From Verrucomicrobiales bacterium (lineage in GTDB: Bacteria > Verrucomicrobiota > Verrucomicrobiia > Limisphaerales > J093): 64,000 bases of DNA. The notes under the pieces are model-generated. The model did not search any database and had not been told where the DNA came from. It worked only from the letters and a program-made list of their open reading frames with translations. The stretch covers positions 8,077 to 72,076 of the forward strand of contig JBBIVJ010000021.1 of NCBI GenBank assembly GCA_037439785.1. Reading direction: 5' to 3'. Positions 46,002 through 57,178 of this stretch are shown here, piece after piece. Each line of letters begins with the position of its first letter. Position 1 is the first letter of the stretch. Position numbers and translations under genes: made by a program.

Positions 46002-46787
46002 GTGATTCATCCCACGGCGGTGATTCATCCGCGGGCGGAGGTGGATGGCTCGGTCACGGTCGGTCCCGGGGCGGTGATTGACGCGGGGGTGGTGGTCGGC
46101 CCGCGCTGCGTCATCGGCCCGCACGTGCACCTCACCGGCCACACGGTGCTGGGGGCGGACAACCGCCTCCATGCCGGCTGCGTGCTGGGCGACGCACCCC
46201 AGGACCTCAAGTACGCTGGCGCGCCCACCCGCCTGCGCATTGGCAACCGCAACGTGTTTCGCGAACACGTCACCGTGCATCGTTCCAATCACCCCGAGGA
46301 GGACACCCTGGTGGGCTCGGACAACTACCTCATGGCCCACAGCCACGTGGGGCACAACTGCTGTCTGGGCGACCGGGTCATCCTGGCCAACGGAGCGGCC
46401 CTTGGGGGGCACGTGGTGGTGCACGACCGGGCCTTTATTTCCGGCAACTGCCTGGTACACCAGTTCGTGCGGGTGGGGACCCTGGCCTTGATGCAGGGCG
46501 GCGCGGCCATCAGCAAGGACCTGCCGCCGTTCACCGTGGCGCGCGGGGACAACTACCTCTGCGGGCTGAACGTGGTGGGCCTGCGCCGCGCCGGCATCGC
46601 CGCCGGGGACCGCCTGGAGCTGCGCCGGCTGTACCGGTTCCTGTTCCGGACACATCGGAACCTGCGCGAGGCGATGGCCGAGGCGCGCGGCCAATTTGTC
46701 AGCGAGCTGGGGCAACTGATGCTGGATTTCATCGCCGCCAGCCGGCGGGGGGTGTGCACCGAGCGGCGCGCGGCCGCCGGAAATTGA
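46002..46787 (+). CDS. lpxA: Acyl-ACP--UDP-N-acetylglucosamine O-acyltransferase
   Basis: Hexapeptide repeats IHPTAVIHPRAEV..., ...MAHSHVGHNCCLGD..., and C-terminal helical domain GLNVVGLRRAG. GTG start. Confidence 0.9.
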   Translation: MIHPTAVIHPRAEVDGSVTVGPGAVIDAGVVVGPRCVIGPHVHLTGHTVLGADNRLHAGCVLGDAPQDLKYAGAPTRLRIGNRNVFREHVTVHRSNHPEEDTLVGSDNYLMAHSHVGHNCCLGDRVILANGAALGGHVVVHDRAFISGNCLVHQFVRVGTLALMQGGAAISKDLPPFTVARGDNYLCGLNVVGLRRAGIAAGDRLELRRLYRFLFRTHRNLREAMAEARGQFVSELGQLMLDFIAASRRGVCTERRAAAGN

Positions 46788-46814
46788 ACGCCGGCGACCG
46801 GGACCTGGCCCGGC

Positions 46815-46849
46815 AAAAAACCCCTCCCGAAAGTATCCGGGAGGGGTTT
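46815..46849. terminator. Bidirectional intrinsic terminator between lpxA and the porin gene (strong for the minus strand)
   Basis: AAAAAA-CCCCTCCCG-aaagtatc-CGGGAGGGG-TTT. On the minus strand the 9-bp GC stem is followed by TTTTTT. Confidence 0.7.
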
Positions 46850-46869
46850 GCGAGGCGGTGGGGGACCGC

Positions 46870-48045
46870 TCAGTACTTGAAGATCACGTTGAGCGCCAGC
46901 GACACCGCGTCGTTCTTGTCGCTGGGGCCGAAGATTTTATTGTCGGAGAGGTCGTGGTCCCAGCGGCACTCCAGCCGGGTGATGGCCTGGGCCCAGAGTG
47001 CGTAGTCCAGGGTCCCGGTCACGCCGAGCAGCTCGGCCCGCTCGCCGGTGGTCGTGCCGAACGCCCCCGGGCTGCCGGTGGCGTACTCGCCGCGGGTGTT
47101 GAACTTGAGCTTCTCGGTGAGCTGGATGGACAGGTAGCCGGCGATGGCGTTGGCGTAGGAGTTGTCGAACAGGCCGTTGGCCTGGTAGTCGTAGGCCACG
47201 CCCACGGTCACCGCCTTGGCCGGGGTGGGCAGGGTGGCGCCGGCGTAGTAGTTGATGATGTCGTTGCTGCCGAAGTAGTCCCCGGCAAACCCGGCATACA
47301 TCACCCCGCCGTACAGGGTGGCGCCACTCAGGAAGACCAGGTCCTCGGGCGCGGTCAGCACCACGGAGCCCACGTAGGACAGTTCCCCGAAGTCCCAGCC
47401 GCCGCCCCGGTCCACCCGGCTGTTGATTTTGTTGTAAGCCGCTCGGCTTTCGATGCCGTTGGCCACGCCGGCGCTGATGCTCAGCCAGTCGGCAACGTCA
47501 TAGCTGGCCAGCAGGCCGGTGTGGATGATCGGCTCCAGGTAGAAGCCGAACGAGCGGCTGTAGTTGGGGTTGTTGCCGGCGTCGAACACCTCGTAGCCCA
47601 TGATGGTGTCCCAGACGCCCATCTTGAGCTTGAGCCCGCTGCCCAACGGGGCGCGCAGCGAGACGTAGGCGTTCTTGATGGCAAAATCGCCGCTCGCCCC
47701 CGCCAGCGGGGACAGGGAGCCCAGCAGATTGGCGTCCGGCCCGAAGAGCAACTGCGCCCGGTAACCGGCCGACCAGTCCGATTCGTCCAGCGGCTTCTCG
47801 ATGGCCAGCGAGACCACGTCCAGGTTGAAGCCGTTGTGCTTGTCCACCCCGTCATAGGACCGGCCGTACACGGCCGAGTCCTCCCCCAGCCGCAGAATGG
47901 CCGAGGTGTTGACGTACCCGCTGAGGGTGGTGGATTGCAGCGCACTCACCACCGGGTGTTGCGCCGCCTCTTCCGCCTGCAACGCGGCGGCCGTGCTGAT
48001 GACGCCCGCCGAGACCAGGGCGGACGTCCACAGGTTTTTGTTCAT
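46870..48045 (-). CDS. Outer-membrane beta-barrel porin
   Basis: Signal peptide MNKNLWTSALVSAGVISTAAALQA, alternating beta-strand pattern, and a C-terminal ...LALNVIFKY aromatic terminus. AGGAGG lies 7 nt upstream of the ATG at 48045. Confidence 0.7.
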   Translation of the reverse strand: MNKNLWTSALVSAGVISTAAALQAEEAAQHPVVSALQSTTLSGYVNTSAILRLGEDSAVYGRSYDGVDKHNGFNLDVVSLAIEKPLDESDWSAGYRAQLLFGPDANLLGSLSPLAGASGDFAIKNAYVSLRAPLGSGLKLKMGVWDTIMGYEVFDAGNNPNYSRSFGFYLEPIIHTGLLASYDVADWLSISAGVANGIESRAAYNKINSRVDRGGGWDFGELSYVGSVVLTAPEDLVFLSGATLYGGVMYAGFAGDYFGSNDIINYYAGATLPTPAKAVTVGVAYDYQANGLFDNSYANAIAGYLSIQLTEKLKFNTRGEYATGSPGAFGTTTGERAELLGVTGTLDYALWAQAITRLECRWDHDLSDNKIFGPSDKNDAVSLALNVIFKY

Positions 48046-48361
48046 ACGCGTTCCTCCTGCGTTGATGTTGTGTTGTTCCACGTTTCGCTTCACCGCGGTC
48101 GGAGCGGGACACCAAGCGCGTCAAGGCTCGAAGGACGACCCACCCTGGCCGCGCACGCAGGTTAGCGGGCGACCTCCGAAAAACAACAAGCTTTTTTCAT
48201 CCACGTCACCACCCGCCCCCGGTCTGCGCGGAAAGGCCACGCCCTGCCAGCCATTTGGGCAGCGGCGGTATAAGGCGGAGGACGGCCACAGGAGCCGCCC
48301 CTTGCCCGTACCGACCATTCAGCCACGCGGTCGCCGTCCAAGCGGACGCCGCCGCCGCCCG

Positions 48362-48400
48362 CCCCGCCCCGGCGGCGGACGGGCGGGGTTTTTCATTTTT
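48362..48400 (+). terminator. Plus-strand intrinsic-terminator-like hairpin with no upstream plus-strand CDS
   Basis: CCCCGCCC-cggcggcggac-GGGCGGGG followed by TTTTTCATTTTT. It ends 30 nt before the prmC GTG. Confidence 0.5.
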
Positions 48401-48430
48401 CCTTTCACGCGCCGCCCCTAGGCTCCCGCC

Positions 48431-49297
48431 GTGACGGTGCTCGAGGTGATCCGGCGGAGCGCGGAGTATCTGGAACGCATGGGAGTGGAATTGCCCCGCC
48501 TGCAGGCGGAATGGCTCCTGGCTCATGTGCTGCACCGGCCCCGGCTGCACCTGTACCTTGAGTTTGAACGGCCCGTGGCGGAAGCAGACCTGGCCCGGAT
48601 GCGCGAGTTGGTCCGCCGGCGCGGCGCCCGCGAACCACTCCAGTACCTGGTGGGCTCGACGAATTTTTGCGGCCTCGAGCTGGCGGTCTCGCCGGCAGCC
48701 TTGATTCCCCGCCCCGAGACCGAGCTGCTGGCCGAACAGGCCTGGACCTTTCTAAATGCCCGGGCCGGCGCGGGAGCGAACCTGAACGCGCTGGATTTCG
48801 GGACCGGCACCGGTTGCCTGGCCATTGCCCTGGCCGTCCGCTGCCCGGCGGTGCGGGTCTGGGCGGTCGAGCTGTCCGAACCGGCGCTCGATCTGGCGCG
48901 GGCCAACGCCGCCCGCCACGGGGTGGCCGGCCGCATCGAGTTCCTGGCGGGGGACGGTTTCGCCGTCGTGCCACCGGTGGGGCGGTTTGAGGTGGTCGTG
49001 GCCAACCCGCCCTACATCCCCAGCGCGGAACTGGCGCGCTTGCCGCCGGAGGTGCGCGACCACGAGCCCCGCCCGGCCCTCGACGGCGGGCCGGATGGCC
49101 TGGGCGTCATCCGCCGGCTGGCCACCGCGGCGCGGGCGTGGTTGCGGCCGGAGGGGCGGTTGTTCCTGGAATTCGGAGACGACCAGGCGGAGGCCGTCAC
49201 CGCCTTGTTTGCCGGGGCGGGGTGGACGGAGGTGACGGTGGAAAAGGATGGAACAAGTCGGCCGCGGATGCTGATTGCTGCGCCCGGCTCGACGTGA
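48431..49297 (+). CDS. prmC: Release factor glutamine N5-methyltransferase
   Basis: EPLQYLVG...F, LIPRPETE, LDFGTGTGCLAIAL, VANPPYIP (NPPY motif). GTG start. Confidence 0.88.
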   Translation: MTVLEVIRRSAEYLERMGVELPRLQAEWLLAHVLHRPRLHLYLEFERPVAEADLARMRELVRRRGAREPLQYLVGSTNFCGLELAVSPAALIPRPETELLAEQAWTFLNARAGAGANLNALDFGTGTGCLAIALAVRCPAVRVWAVELSEPALDLARANAARHGVAGRIEFLAGDGFAVVPPVGRFEVVVANPPYIPSAELARLPPEVRDHEPRPALDGGPDGLGVIRRLATAARAWLRPEGRLFLEFGDDQAEAVTALFAGAGWTEVTVEKDGTSRPRMLIAAPGST

Positions 49298-49343
49298 AAA
49301 CGTGGCGGGCCGGAGCCGCGGCCGGTGCGGCGCGGACGCTCTT

Positions 49344-50603
49344 ATGTACAGCCTGGTGATTCAAGGGGGGCACCCCCTCGAGGGTGAGGTGCAGATCAGC
49401 GGCGCGAAAAACGCGGTGCTGCCGATCCTGGCGGCGACGCTGCTGACGCGGGAGCCGTGCGTCATCCGCCGCGTGCCGGAGTTGAGCGACGTGGCCTTCA
49501 TGGCCAGGGTGCTCGGTTCCCTCGGCGCCAGGGTGCGCGTTCAGGGGGGGGAAATCACCGTGGAAGCGGCCCGCCTCCGCGGCCACGGGGACTACGAGCT
49601 GGTGCGCAAGATGCGCGGCTCGATCTGCATCCTCGGTCCGCTGCTGGGCCGGCTCAAGGAGGCGCAGGTCTCCCTGCCGGGCGGCTGCGTCATCGGCCCC
49701 CGCCCGATTGATCTGCACTTGAAAGGGCTGCGCGCCCTGGATGCCCGCATCACCATCGAGCGCGGTTACGTGTGCGCGCGGACGCGCCATCTCCGCGGCA
49801 CCAGCGTGTTCCTGGGCGGGCGGGCGGGTCCCACCGTGCTGGGCACGGCCAACGTGATGATGGCGGCCACGCTCGCCAAGGGGGTGACCGTGATTGAAAG
49901 CGCTGCCTGCGAGCCGGAGATCGTGGACCTGGCTCACTTCCTCAACGCCATGGGCGCCCAAATCACCGGCGCCGGCAGCCCCACCATCACCATCACCGGT
50001 GTGGACGAATTGCACGGCGCCGAGCACGAGGTGATCCCGGACCGGATCGAGGCGGCCACCTTCGCCGTGGCCGCGGCGGCCACGCGCGGGGAGGTCACCC
50101 TGCGCGGCTCGCGGCCCGAGCATTACCACGCCGTGCTGGACAAGCTGGCCGAGTGCGGCGCCCGCATCCTCCGCCGCCAGGGCGCGGTCACCGTCATGGG
50201 CGCGCGCCGCTACAAGCCGGCGGACATCACCACCCAGCCCTACGCCGGCTTCCCCACCGACGCCCAGGCTCAGATGATGGTCCTGCTGACCCAGGCCGAG
50301 GGCATCAGCCTGATCACCGAGCGCATCTACGAATCCCGCTTCATGCACGTCAGCGAACTGGCGCGCCTGGGGGCGGACATCACCCTGGAGGGTCCCACCG
50401 CCGTCATCAAGGGCCCCACTCCCCTGAGCGGCGCGCCGGTCATGGCCAGCGACCTGCGGGCCTCCGCCGCCCTGGTGCTGGCCGGGCTGGTCGCCGCGGG
50501 GGAGACGCGCGTCAAACGCATCTACCACCTGGACCGGGGCTACGAAAAAATTGACGCCAAGCTCCGGGCCCTGGGCGCTCGCGTCAAGCGCGTGCAGGAC
50601 TAA
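49344..50603 (+). CDS. murA: UDP-N-acetylglucosamine 1-carboxyvinyltransferase
   Basis: [29 protein letters not shown]...[29 protein letters not shown] and [10 protein letters not shown] are canonical MurA blocks, including the active-site Cys. Confidence 0.93.
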   Translation: MYSLVIQGGHPLEGEVQISGAKNAVLPILAATLLTREPCVIRRVPELSDVAFMARVLGSLGARVRVQGGEITVEAARLRGHGDYELVRKMRGSICILGPLLGRLKEAQVSLPGGCVIGPRPIDLHLKGLRALDARITIERGYVCARTRHLRGTSVFLGGRAGPTVLGTANVMMAATLAKGVTVIESAACEPEIVDLAHFLNAMGAQITGAGSPTITITGVDELHGAEHEVIPDRIEAATFAVAAAATRGEVTLRGSRPEHYHAVLDKLAECGARILRRQGAVTVMGARRYKPADITTQPYAGFPTDAQAQMMVLLTQAEGISLITERIYESRFMHVSELARLGADITLEGPTAVIKGPTPLSGAPVMASDLRASAALVLAGLVAAGETRVKRIYHLDRGYEKIDAKLRALGARVKRVQD

Positions 50604-50612
50604 ACTCCCGCC

Positions 50613-51008
50613 ATGCGACCGGTGCTTTCGGTGCTGCTGTTGCTGGCCGGCATCTGGGCGGGCTGGAAGTTCCTCCGCTACGCCGGCAGCGAGGTCTCCC
50701 GCCACGAACGGGGCGAGGCCGCTCCCCGCTACGCGCCCGGACAGTTGCCCGGCCTGCCGGCGGCGCTGGAGGAATCCCTGGCGGCGGCGCAGCGTGCGGG
50801 GGTGGACGAGTTCCGCCGCTGGCTGGACCGGCACCGGGCGGAAATCGCCGAACCCCGCCTGACGCAGATCGAGCTGGATTACGTCGTGCGGGTGGGCGGC
50901 CGCGACCCGGCCGAGGCCCGCCGGGTGCTCCAGCGCCTCCAGGGTCGCCTCCGGCCGGACCACCCCCAGTACCGCCGCTTTCAGGAGCTGAGCCGGGCCT
51001 ACCCGTGA
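50613..51008 (+). CDS. Hypothetical N-terminally anchored protein
   Basis: Single TM MRPVLSVLLLLAGIWAGW followed by a helical Arg/Glu-rich domain. It is tightly packed between murA and the HAD gene, with a GTGA overlap downstream. Confidence 0.45.
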   Translation: MRPVLSVLLLLAGIWAGWKFLRYAGSEVSRHERGEAAPRYAPGQLPGLPAALEESLAAAQRAGVDEFRRWLDRHRAEIAEPRLTQIELDYVVRVGGRDPAEARRVLQRLQGRLRPDHPQYRRFQELSRAYP

Positions 51009-51691
51009 GGTGCGTCGTGCGGGCCATCACCTTCGACGTCGGAGGCACGTTGGTCGAACCGTGGCCTTCGGTGGGGGAGGTGTATCTGGCCGTGGCGCGG
51101 GAATGGGGAGCGGTCCGGGCGGACCCCGCCGAGGTCAACCGCCGGTTCGCCGCGGTCTGGCGCGCACGCCGGCCGGGCTTTGATTATTCCCGCGCGGCGT
51201 GGGCCGGGGTGGTGGCGGAGACGTTGCAGGGGCTGGTGCCCTGGGCGGAGGACCCGGCTTTTTTCGACCGGCTGTACACGCACTTCGCCGGTCCGGCCCC
51301 CTGGCGGGTGTTTCCGGAGGTGCGGCCGGTGCTCACGGCGCTGCGGGACCGCGGCTTTCGCCTGGCGGTGCTTTCGAACTGGGACGAGCGACTGCCGGGC
51401 CTGCTCGAGGCGCTGGGGCTGGCGGGCATGTTCGAGCGGGTGGTGGTCTCGCGCCAGGTGGGCTGGCACAAGCCCGACCGCCGTCTCTTCGCCCACGCCG
51501 CCGCCCAACTCGGGGTGGCGCCCGCGCAGCTTCTACACGTCGGCGACGACCCGCTGGAAGACGTCGAGGGCGCCCGGGCCGCCGGATGGCAGGCGGCGCG
51601 GGTGTGCCGCAACGGCGGGGCGGTCCCCGCGGGCGAGGTCCTGCGGCTGGCGGGGTTGGGGGAGTTGCCGGCACGGGTGGCCCTGCCCTGA
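51005..51691 (+). CDS. HAD-superfamily hydrolase (subfamily IA)
   Basis: ITFDVGGTL (DxDxT-like motif I), LAVLSNWD (motif II), WHKPD...HVGDDPLEDVEGA (motifs III/IV). Confidence 0.8.
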   Translation: MRCVVRAITFDVGGTLVEPWPSVGEVYLAVAREWGAVRADPAEVNRRFAAVWRARRPGFDYSRAAWAGVVAETLQGLVPWAEDPAFFDRLYTHFAGPAPWRVFPEVRPVLTALRDRGFRLAVLSNWDERLPGLLEALGLAGMFERVVVSRQVGWHKPDRRLFAHAAAQLGVAPAQLLHVGDDPLEDVEGARAAGWQAARVCRNGGAVPAGEVLRLAGLGELPARVALP

Positions 51692-51922
51692 GTTGGCGAG
51701 CAGCCTCGCTTAGGGGCGCTGCTTCGCGCCCTAATACTTCGGCGCGGTGCGTTGACGCGGAGGGGGTTCGGTTCTAGAAGGGGGTCTTGCCGGATGGAGT
51801 GCTTGGACAGCCCGACGCCGCCGGCACAGCCCGAAGGGGGCAGTGACCCCCGCCCCAATGCAGGCCTCCATGCGATGTGTTGAAGGTGCCCTCGGTCCCT
51901 CCGAGCGGCGGTTTCGTTTGTC

Positions 51923-52696
51923 ATGAGCGCACTCCGGCGACTGTTTCATTCCACCCTCGGACAGAAATACCTGATGGCCGTCAGCGGGCTGGCGCTGGTG
52001 GGATTTGTCTGCGGCCACCTGGTGGGGAACCTGCAGTTTTTTCTGCCGCCGCGGGTGATCAACCGTTACGCGCACTTCCTGCACAGCAACGCCGAGCTGC
52101 TCTGGGGGGTGCGGTTGACCCTGCTGGCGCTGGTGCTGCTGCACCTCGTGACGGGGGTGCGGTTGTGGCGGGCCAACCGCGCGGCACGCTCGACCGCCTA
52201 CGCCAGCCCGGCCCCGCCGTTCGGGGCCGGCCTCGCCGCGCGCACCACCCTGCTCAGCGGCCTGATCATCGCCGCGTTCGTGATCTACCACCTGCTGCAT
52301 TTCACGGTGCGGGTGGAGGCCATCAACGGCACGGCGGTGCCCTTCCGGGCGTTGCGGGAGCCGGGGACGGGACATCCGGATGTGTTCGCCATGATGGTGG
52401 CCGGCTTCCAGGTCTGGCCGGTGTCGTTGTTTTACGCGGTGGGGGTGACGCTGCTGGCCCTGCATCTCAGCCACGGTGTGGCGGCGATGTTTCAGTCCCT
52501 GGGCTGGCGCAACCCGGTGTATGCCCCGTGGATTGCCCGGCTGGCCCGCCTGCTGGCGGTTGGCGTGCTGGTGGGCTATTTGAGCATCCCGGCGGCGGTG
52601 TTGTTGGGGCGGGGACAGCGTTACCTGGCCGGGGTGGTGGAACACAGCGCGCGCACCGCCGCACTGGTACAAGCGGGAAAGGAGGCGGCGAAGTAG
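51923..52696 (+). CDS. sdhC: Succinate dehydrogenase/fumarate reductase cytochrome b subunit, b558 family
   Basis: 5-TM protein with conserved His (…VCGHLVGNL…, …LLHLVTG…, …IYHLLHF…, …LALHLSHG…). It lies immediately upstream of sdhA. Confidence 0.8.
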   Translation: MSALRRLFHSTLGQKYLMAVSGLALVGFVCGHLVGNLQFFLPPRVINRYAHFLHSNAELLWGVRLTLLALVLLHLVTGVRLWRANRAARSTAYASPAPPFGAGLAARTTLLSGLIIAAFVIYHLLHFTVRVEAINGTAVPFRALREPGTGHPDVFAMMVAGFQVWPVSLFYAVGVTLLALHLSHGVAAMFQSLGWRNPVYAPWIARLARLLAVGVLVGYLSIPAAVLLGRGQRYLAGVVEHSARTAALVQAGKEAAK

Positions 52697-52697
52697 C

Positions 52698-54620
<1,923 letters not shown>

Positions 54621-54622
54621 TG

Positions 54623-54647
54623 GACGATTGAGGATTGACGATTGACG
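54623..54647. repeat. Left heptamer array flanking the four-helix-bundle insert: GAC-GATTGAG-GATTGAC-GATTGAC-G
   Basis: Read directly. It begins 2 nt after the sdhA TGA. Confidence 0.85.
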
Positions 54648-54727
54648 TGGAGCTGTGCCGCGGAACGCATCGCCCGCGTTCCGGAGCCTGCCAGCGTGAG
54701 TCGGCTGAGAAACCCAGCCAGGTCGGT

Positions 54728-55120
54728 ATGAGCCCCGATGAAATGAAGCAACGGACGAAGGCTTTTTCGCTCCGGGCACCGAAGCTGGTACAGGCGCTGC
54801 CGCGGAGCCGGGTGGGCGACATTCTCGGCAGGCAGTTGCTGCGTGCCGGCATGTCAGTTGGGGCCAACTACCGAGCCGCCTGCCGGGCCAAATCGCGGGC
54901 CGATTTCGTCAACAAGCTCAAGATCGTCGAGGAAGAGTGTGATGAAACCCGGTTCTGGCTGGAGCTTGTGACAGAATCAGGGCTCGTCAAGGCCAGCCGT
55001 TTGACTGGCTTGATGGCGGAAAGCGATGCCCTGCTGGCCATCGTGGTCGCCTCCGCCAAAACCGCGCGCGCTTCCGCACCGGGCGTCAACCGTCAATCGT
55101 CAACCGTCAATCCCCCATGA
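54728..55120 (+). CDS. Four-helix-bundle protein (23S rRNA intervening-sequence protein family, PF05635/TIGR02436-like)
   Basis: ...[69 protein letters not shown]... matches the family pattern (...Q..RA..SI..N..EG..R.S..DF...L.IA.GS..E....L.L). The stop overlaps the sdhB ATG (ATGA). Confidence 0.85.
   Translation: MSPDEMKQRTKAFSLRAPKLVQALPRSRVGDILGRQLLRAGMSVGANYRAACRAKSRADFVNKLKIVEEECDETRFWLELVTESGLVKASRLTGLMAESDALLAIVVASAKTARASAPGVNRQSSTVNPP
55084..55112. repeat. Right heptamer array flanking the insert: CGTCAAC-CGTCAAT-CGTCAAC-CGTCAAT-C (inverted relative to the left array)
   Basis: Read directly. The reverse complement is GATTGAC-GGTTGAC-GATTGAC-GGTTGAC. It ends 4 nt before the sdhB ATG and encodes the ORF tail ...[11 protein letters not shown]. 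Confidence 0.85.
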
Positions 55121-55896
55121 AAGTCCGGCTCAAAGTTTGGCGCCAACCCCACGCCGCAGCCCCCGGCCGCTTCGAGACCTACGACACGCCCGAGCTGAGC
55201 CCGAACATGTCGTTCCTCGAAATGCTCGACGTTGTCAACGAGGACTTCACCACCCGCGGCCTCGATCCCATCGCCTTCGACCACGACTGCCGCGAGGGCA
55301 TCTGCGGCACCTGTTCCCTGGTCATCAACGGCAAACCTCACGGCCCCCACCGCGGCGTGGCCACCTGCCAGACCTACCTGCGCAGCTTCCGGGATGGCGA
55401 CACCATCCTGGTCGAGCCGTTCCGCGCCCGGCCCTTTCCCGTCATCAAGGACCTGATCGTCAACCGCAAGGCCCTGGACCGCATCATGCAGGCCGGCGGC
55501 TTCATCAGCGTGCGCACCGGCAGCGCGCCCGATGCCAACGCCATCCCCGTGCCCAAGCCCGATGCCGACCGGGCCATGGACGCCGCCCAGTGCATCGGCT
55601 GCGGGGCCTGCGTGGCCGCCTGCAAAAACGCCAGCGCCATGCTCTTTGTGGCCGCCAAGGTTTTCCACCTGGGCCTCCTGCCCCAGGGCCAGCCTGAGCG
55701 CTACCGCCGTGTCGTGGCCATGGTCGAGCAGATGGACAAGGAAGGCTTCGGCGCCTGCACCGTCACCGGCTCCTGCGAGGCCGTTTGCCCCAAGAGCATC
55801 AGCCTGGACTTCATCGCCCGCATGAACCGCGACTACGCCGTCGCCCTGCTCAAGGGCGTCCAGACCACCCCCGCGCGCGAGCCGGTGGCCGTCTGA
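55117..55896 (+). CDS. sdhB: Succinate dehydrogenase/fumarate reductase iron-sulfur subunit
   Basis: [20 protein letters not shown] ([2Fe-2S]), [13 protein letters not shown] ([4Fe-4S]), [13 protein letters not shown] ([3Fe-4S]). Confidence 0.9.
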   Translation: MKVRLKVWRQPHAAAPGRFETYDTPELSPNMSFLEMLDVVNEDFTTRGLDPIAFDHDCREGICGTCSLVINGKPHGPHRGVATCQTYLRSFRDGDTILVEPFRARPFPVIKDLIVNRKALDRIMQAGGFISVRTGSAPDANAIPVPKPDADRAMDAAQCIGCGACVAACKNASAMLFVAAKVFHLGLLPQGQPERYRRVVAMVEQMDKEGFGACTVTGSCEAVCPKSISLDFIARMNRDYAVALLKGVQTTPAREPVAV

Positions 55897-55969
55897 GGAT
55901 TCGCCCCACTCTGCACCCGCCCGCGCCCGCCCTCCGCGCCGGCGGCCCCCTCGGCCGGCTTCCCCGATC

Positions 55970-57154
55970 TCACCGCCGCGGCAGGGTGAAATAAAACGTC
56001 GCCCCCCGGCCGGGTTCGCTTTCGGCCCGCACCTCGCCGCCGTGGCTCTGGACGATGTGCTTGACGATGGCCAGGCCCAGCCCCGTGCCCCCCTGTTCCC
56101 GCGAGCGGTTGCGGTCCACGCGGTAAAAGCGCTCGAAGAGCCGGCCCAGCGCCTCCCGCGGCAGGCCGGGGCCGTCGTCCCGCACCCACAACTCGACCCA
56201 CTGCTCGTCCCGGACCCGGCCACCCAGCTCGACCTGCCCCTGCGGCCGGCCGTACTTGAGGGCGTTGTCCACGAGATTGAACAGAACCTGCAAGGTCCGG
56301 TCGGGATCGGCGTGGGCCTCGAGGTCGGCGGGCACCTGGTTGCGCAGGGTGGTGCCGCGCGCGGCGGCGCGGGCGCCCAGGTCTTCGCAGGTGCGGGCGG
56401 CCAGCGCGCGCAACTGGACCGGCGAGGGGTTGAGGGCGGCGGTGCCGGACTCCAGGCGTGAGAGCGTGAGCAGGTCTTCGATGAGGTAGGTCAGGCGGTC
56501 GGTGTGGCGGGCGATGGTCTGGAGAAAGCGCCGGTTCAATTCGGGGTCCTGCGTGGCGCCGTCCCGCAGCGTCTCCACGTAGCCCTTGATGAGCGAGAGC
56601 GGGGTGCGCAGTTCGTGGCTGACGTTGGCCACAAACTCGCGCCGCTGCTCCTCCAACTGGCGGAACCGGGTCAGGTCGTGGAAGACCAGGATCAGGCCCG
56701 CCTCCGGGCCGGCGCCGTGCCGGGCGGCGTTGACCTGGAGCAGCCGGGGCGTGGGCGTGCGCAGTTCGATCTCCGCGCCCAGCACCTGACCGGTGGCGCG
56801 CGCCTGACGCACCACGCCCTCCAGCTCGTGGGAGCGGGTGGCCTCGAGCACCGTGCGCCCGCGCAGGTCCGCGCCGCCACCGAACAGTTGGTCAAAGGCG
56901 CGGTTGGCCAGCTCGACGCGGTCCTGGCAGTCCAGCAGCAGCACGCCCTCACCCATGCTTTGCAGCAGCGCGGCGCGCTGGGCACCCGCCTCGACCTCGA
57001 GTTGTTCCAGACGCCGGCGGAGGGCCTCCTCCCGGGCGCCGGCCCGTTCGAGTTCGCCGGCCAGGTGTCGCGCCGTGGCCCGGGCGCGCCCGGCCAGGAC
57101 GGCGGCCGCCCCCACCGCGGCCAGCGCGACCAGCAGGATGCCCCACCCATCCAT
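55970..57154 (-). CDS. PAS-domain sensor histidine kinase (PhoR-like)
   Basis: N-terminal TM and coiled coil, PAS-like region, H-box FVANVSHELRTPLSLIKGY, N/G boxes LFNLVDNALKY...DDGPGL...GGTGLGLAIVK. Confidence 0.85.
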   Translation of the reverse strand: MDGWGILLVALAAVGAAAVLAGRARATARHLAGELERAGAREEALRRRLEQLEVEAGAQRAALLQSMGEGVLLLDCQDRVELANRAFDQLFGGGADLRGRTVLEATRSHELEGVVRQARATGQVLGAEIELRTPTPRLLQVNAARHGAGPEAGLILVFHDLTRFRQLEEQRREFVANVSHELRTPLSLIKGYVETLRDGATQDPELNRRFLQTIARHTDRLTYLIEDLLTLSRLESGTAALNPSPVQLRALAARTCEDLGARAAARGTTLRNQVPADLEAHADPDRTLQVLFNLVDNALKYGRPQGQVELGGRVRDEQWVELWVRDDGPGLPREALGRLFERFYRVDRNRSREQGGTGLGLAIVKHIVQSHGGEVRAESEPGRGATFYFTLPRR

Positions 57155-57178
57155 GACACGTTCCGGCCGGTGGCCGGC

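Noticed and set aside
48105-48150. SRP (4.5S) RNA-like motif GTCAAGGCTCGAAGGACGACC
   Set aside because: It only loosely resembles the conserved GGUCCGGAAGGAAGCAGCC domain IV sequence. It has no matching 3' strand and no GGAA tetraloop closed by C-G.
51710-51734. Hairpin TTAGGG(G)CGC-tgcttc-GCGCCCTAA, 19 nt after the HAD gene, considered as a terminator
   Set aside because: No T-tract follows it. It could be a protein-binding palindrome or a Rho-dependent pause site, but there is no support for either, so it is not reported as a feature.
54635-54727. TTG start at 54635 for the four-helix-bundle ORF (161-aa version)
   Set aside because: The extra 31 aa are read through the left heptamer array and the leader hairpin. 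The family-typical N-terminus begins at ATG 54728.
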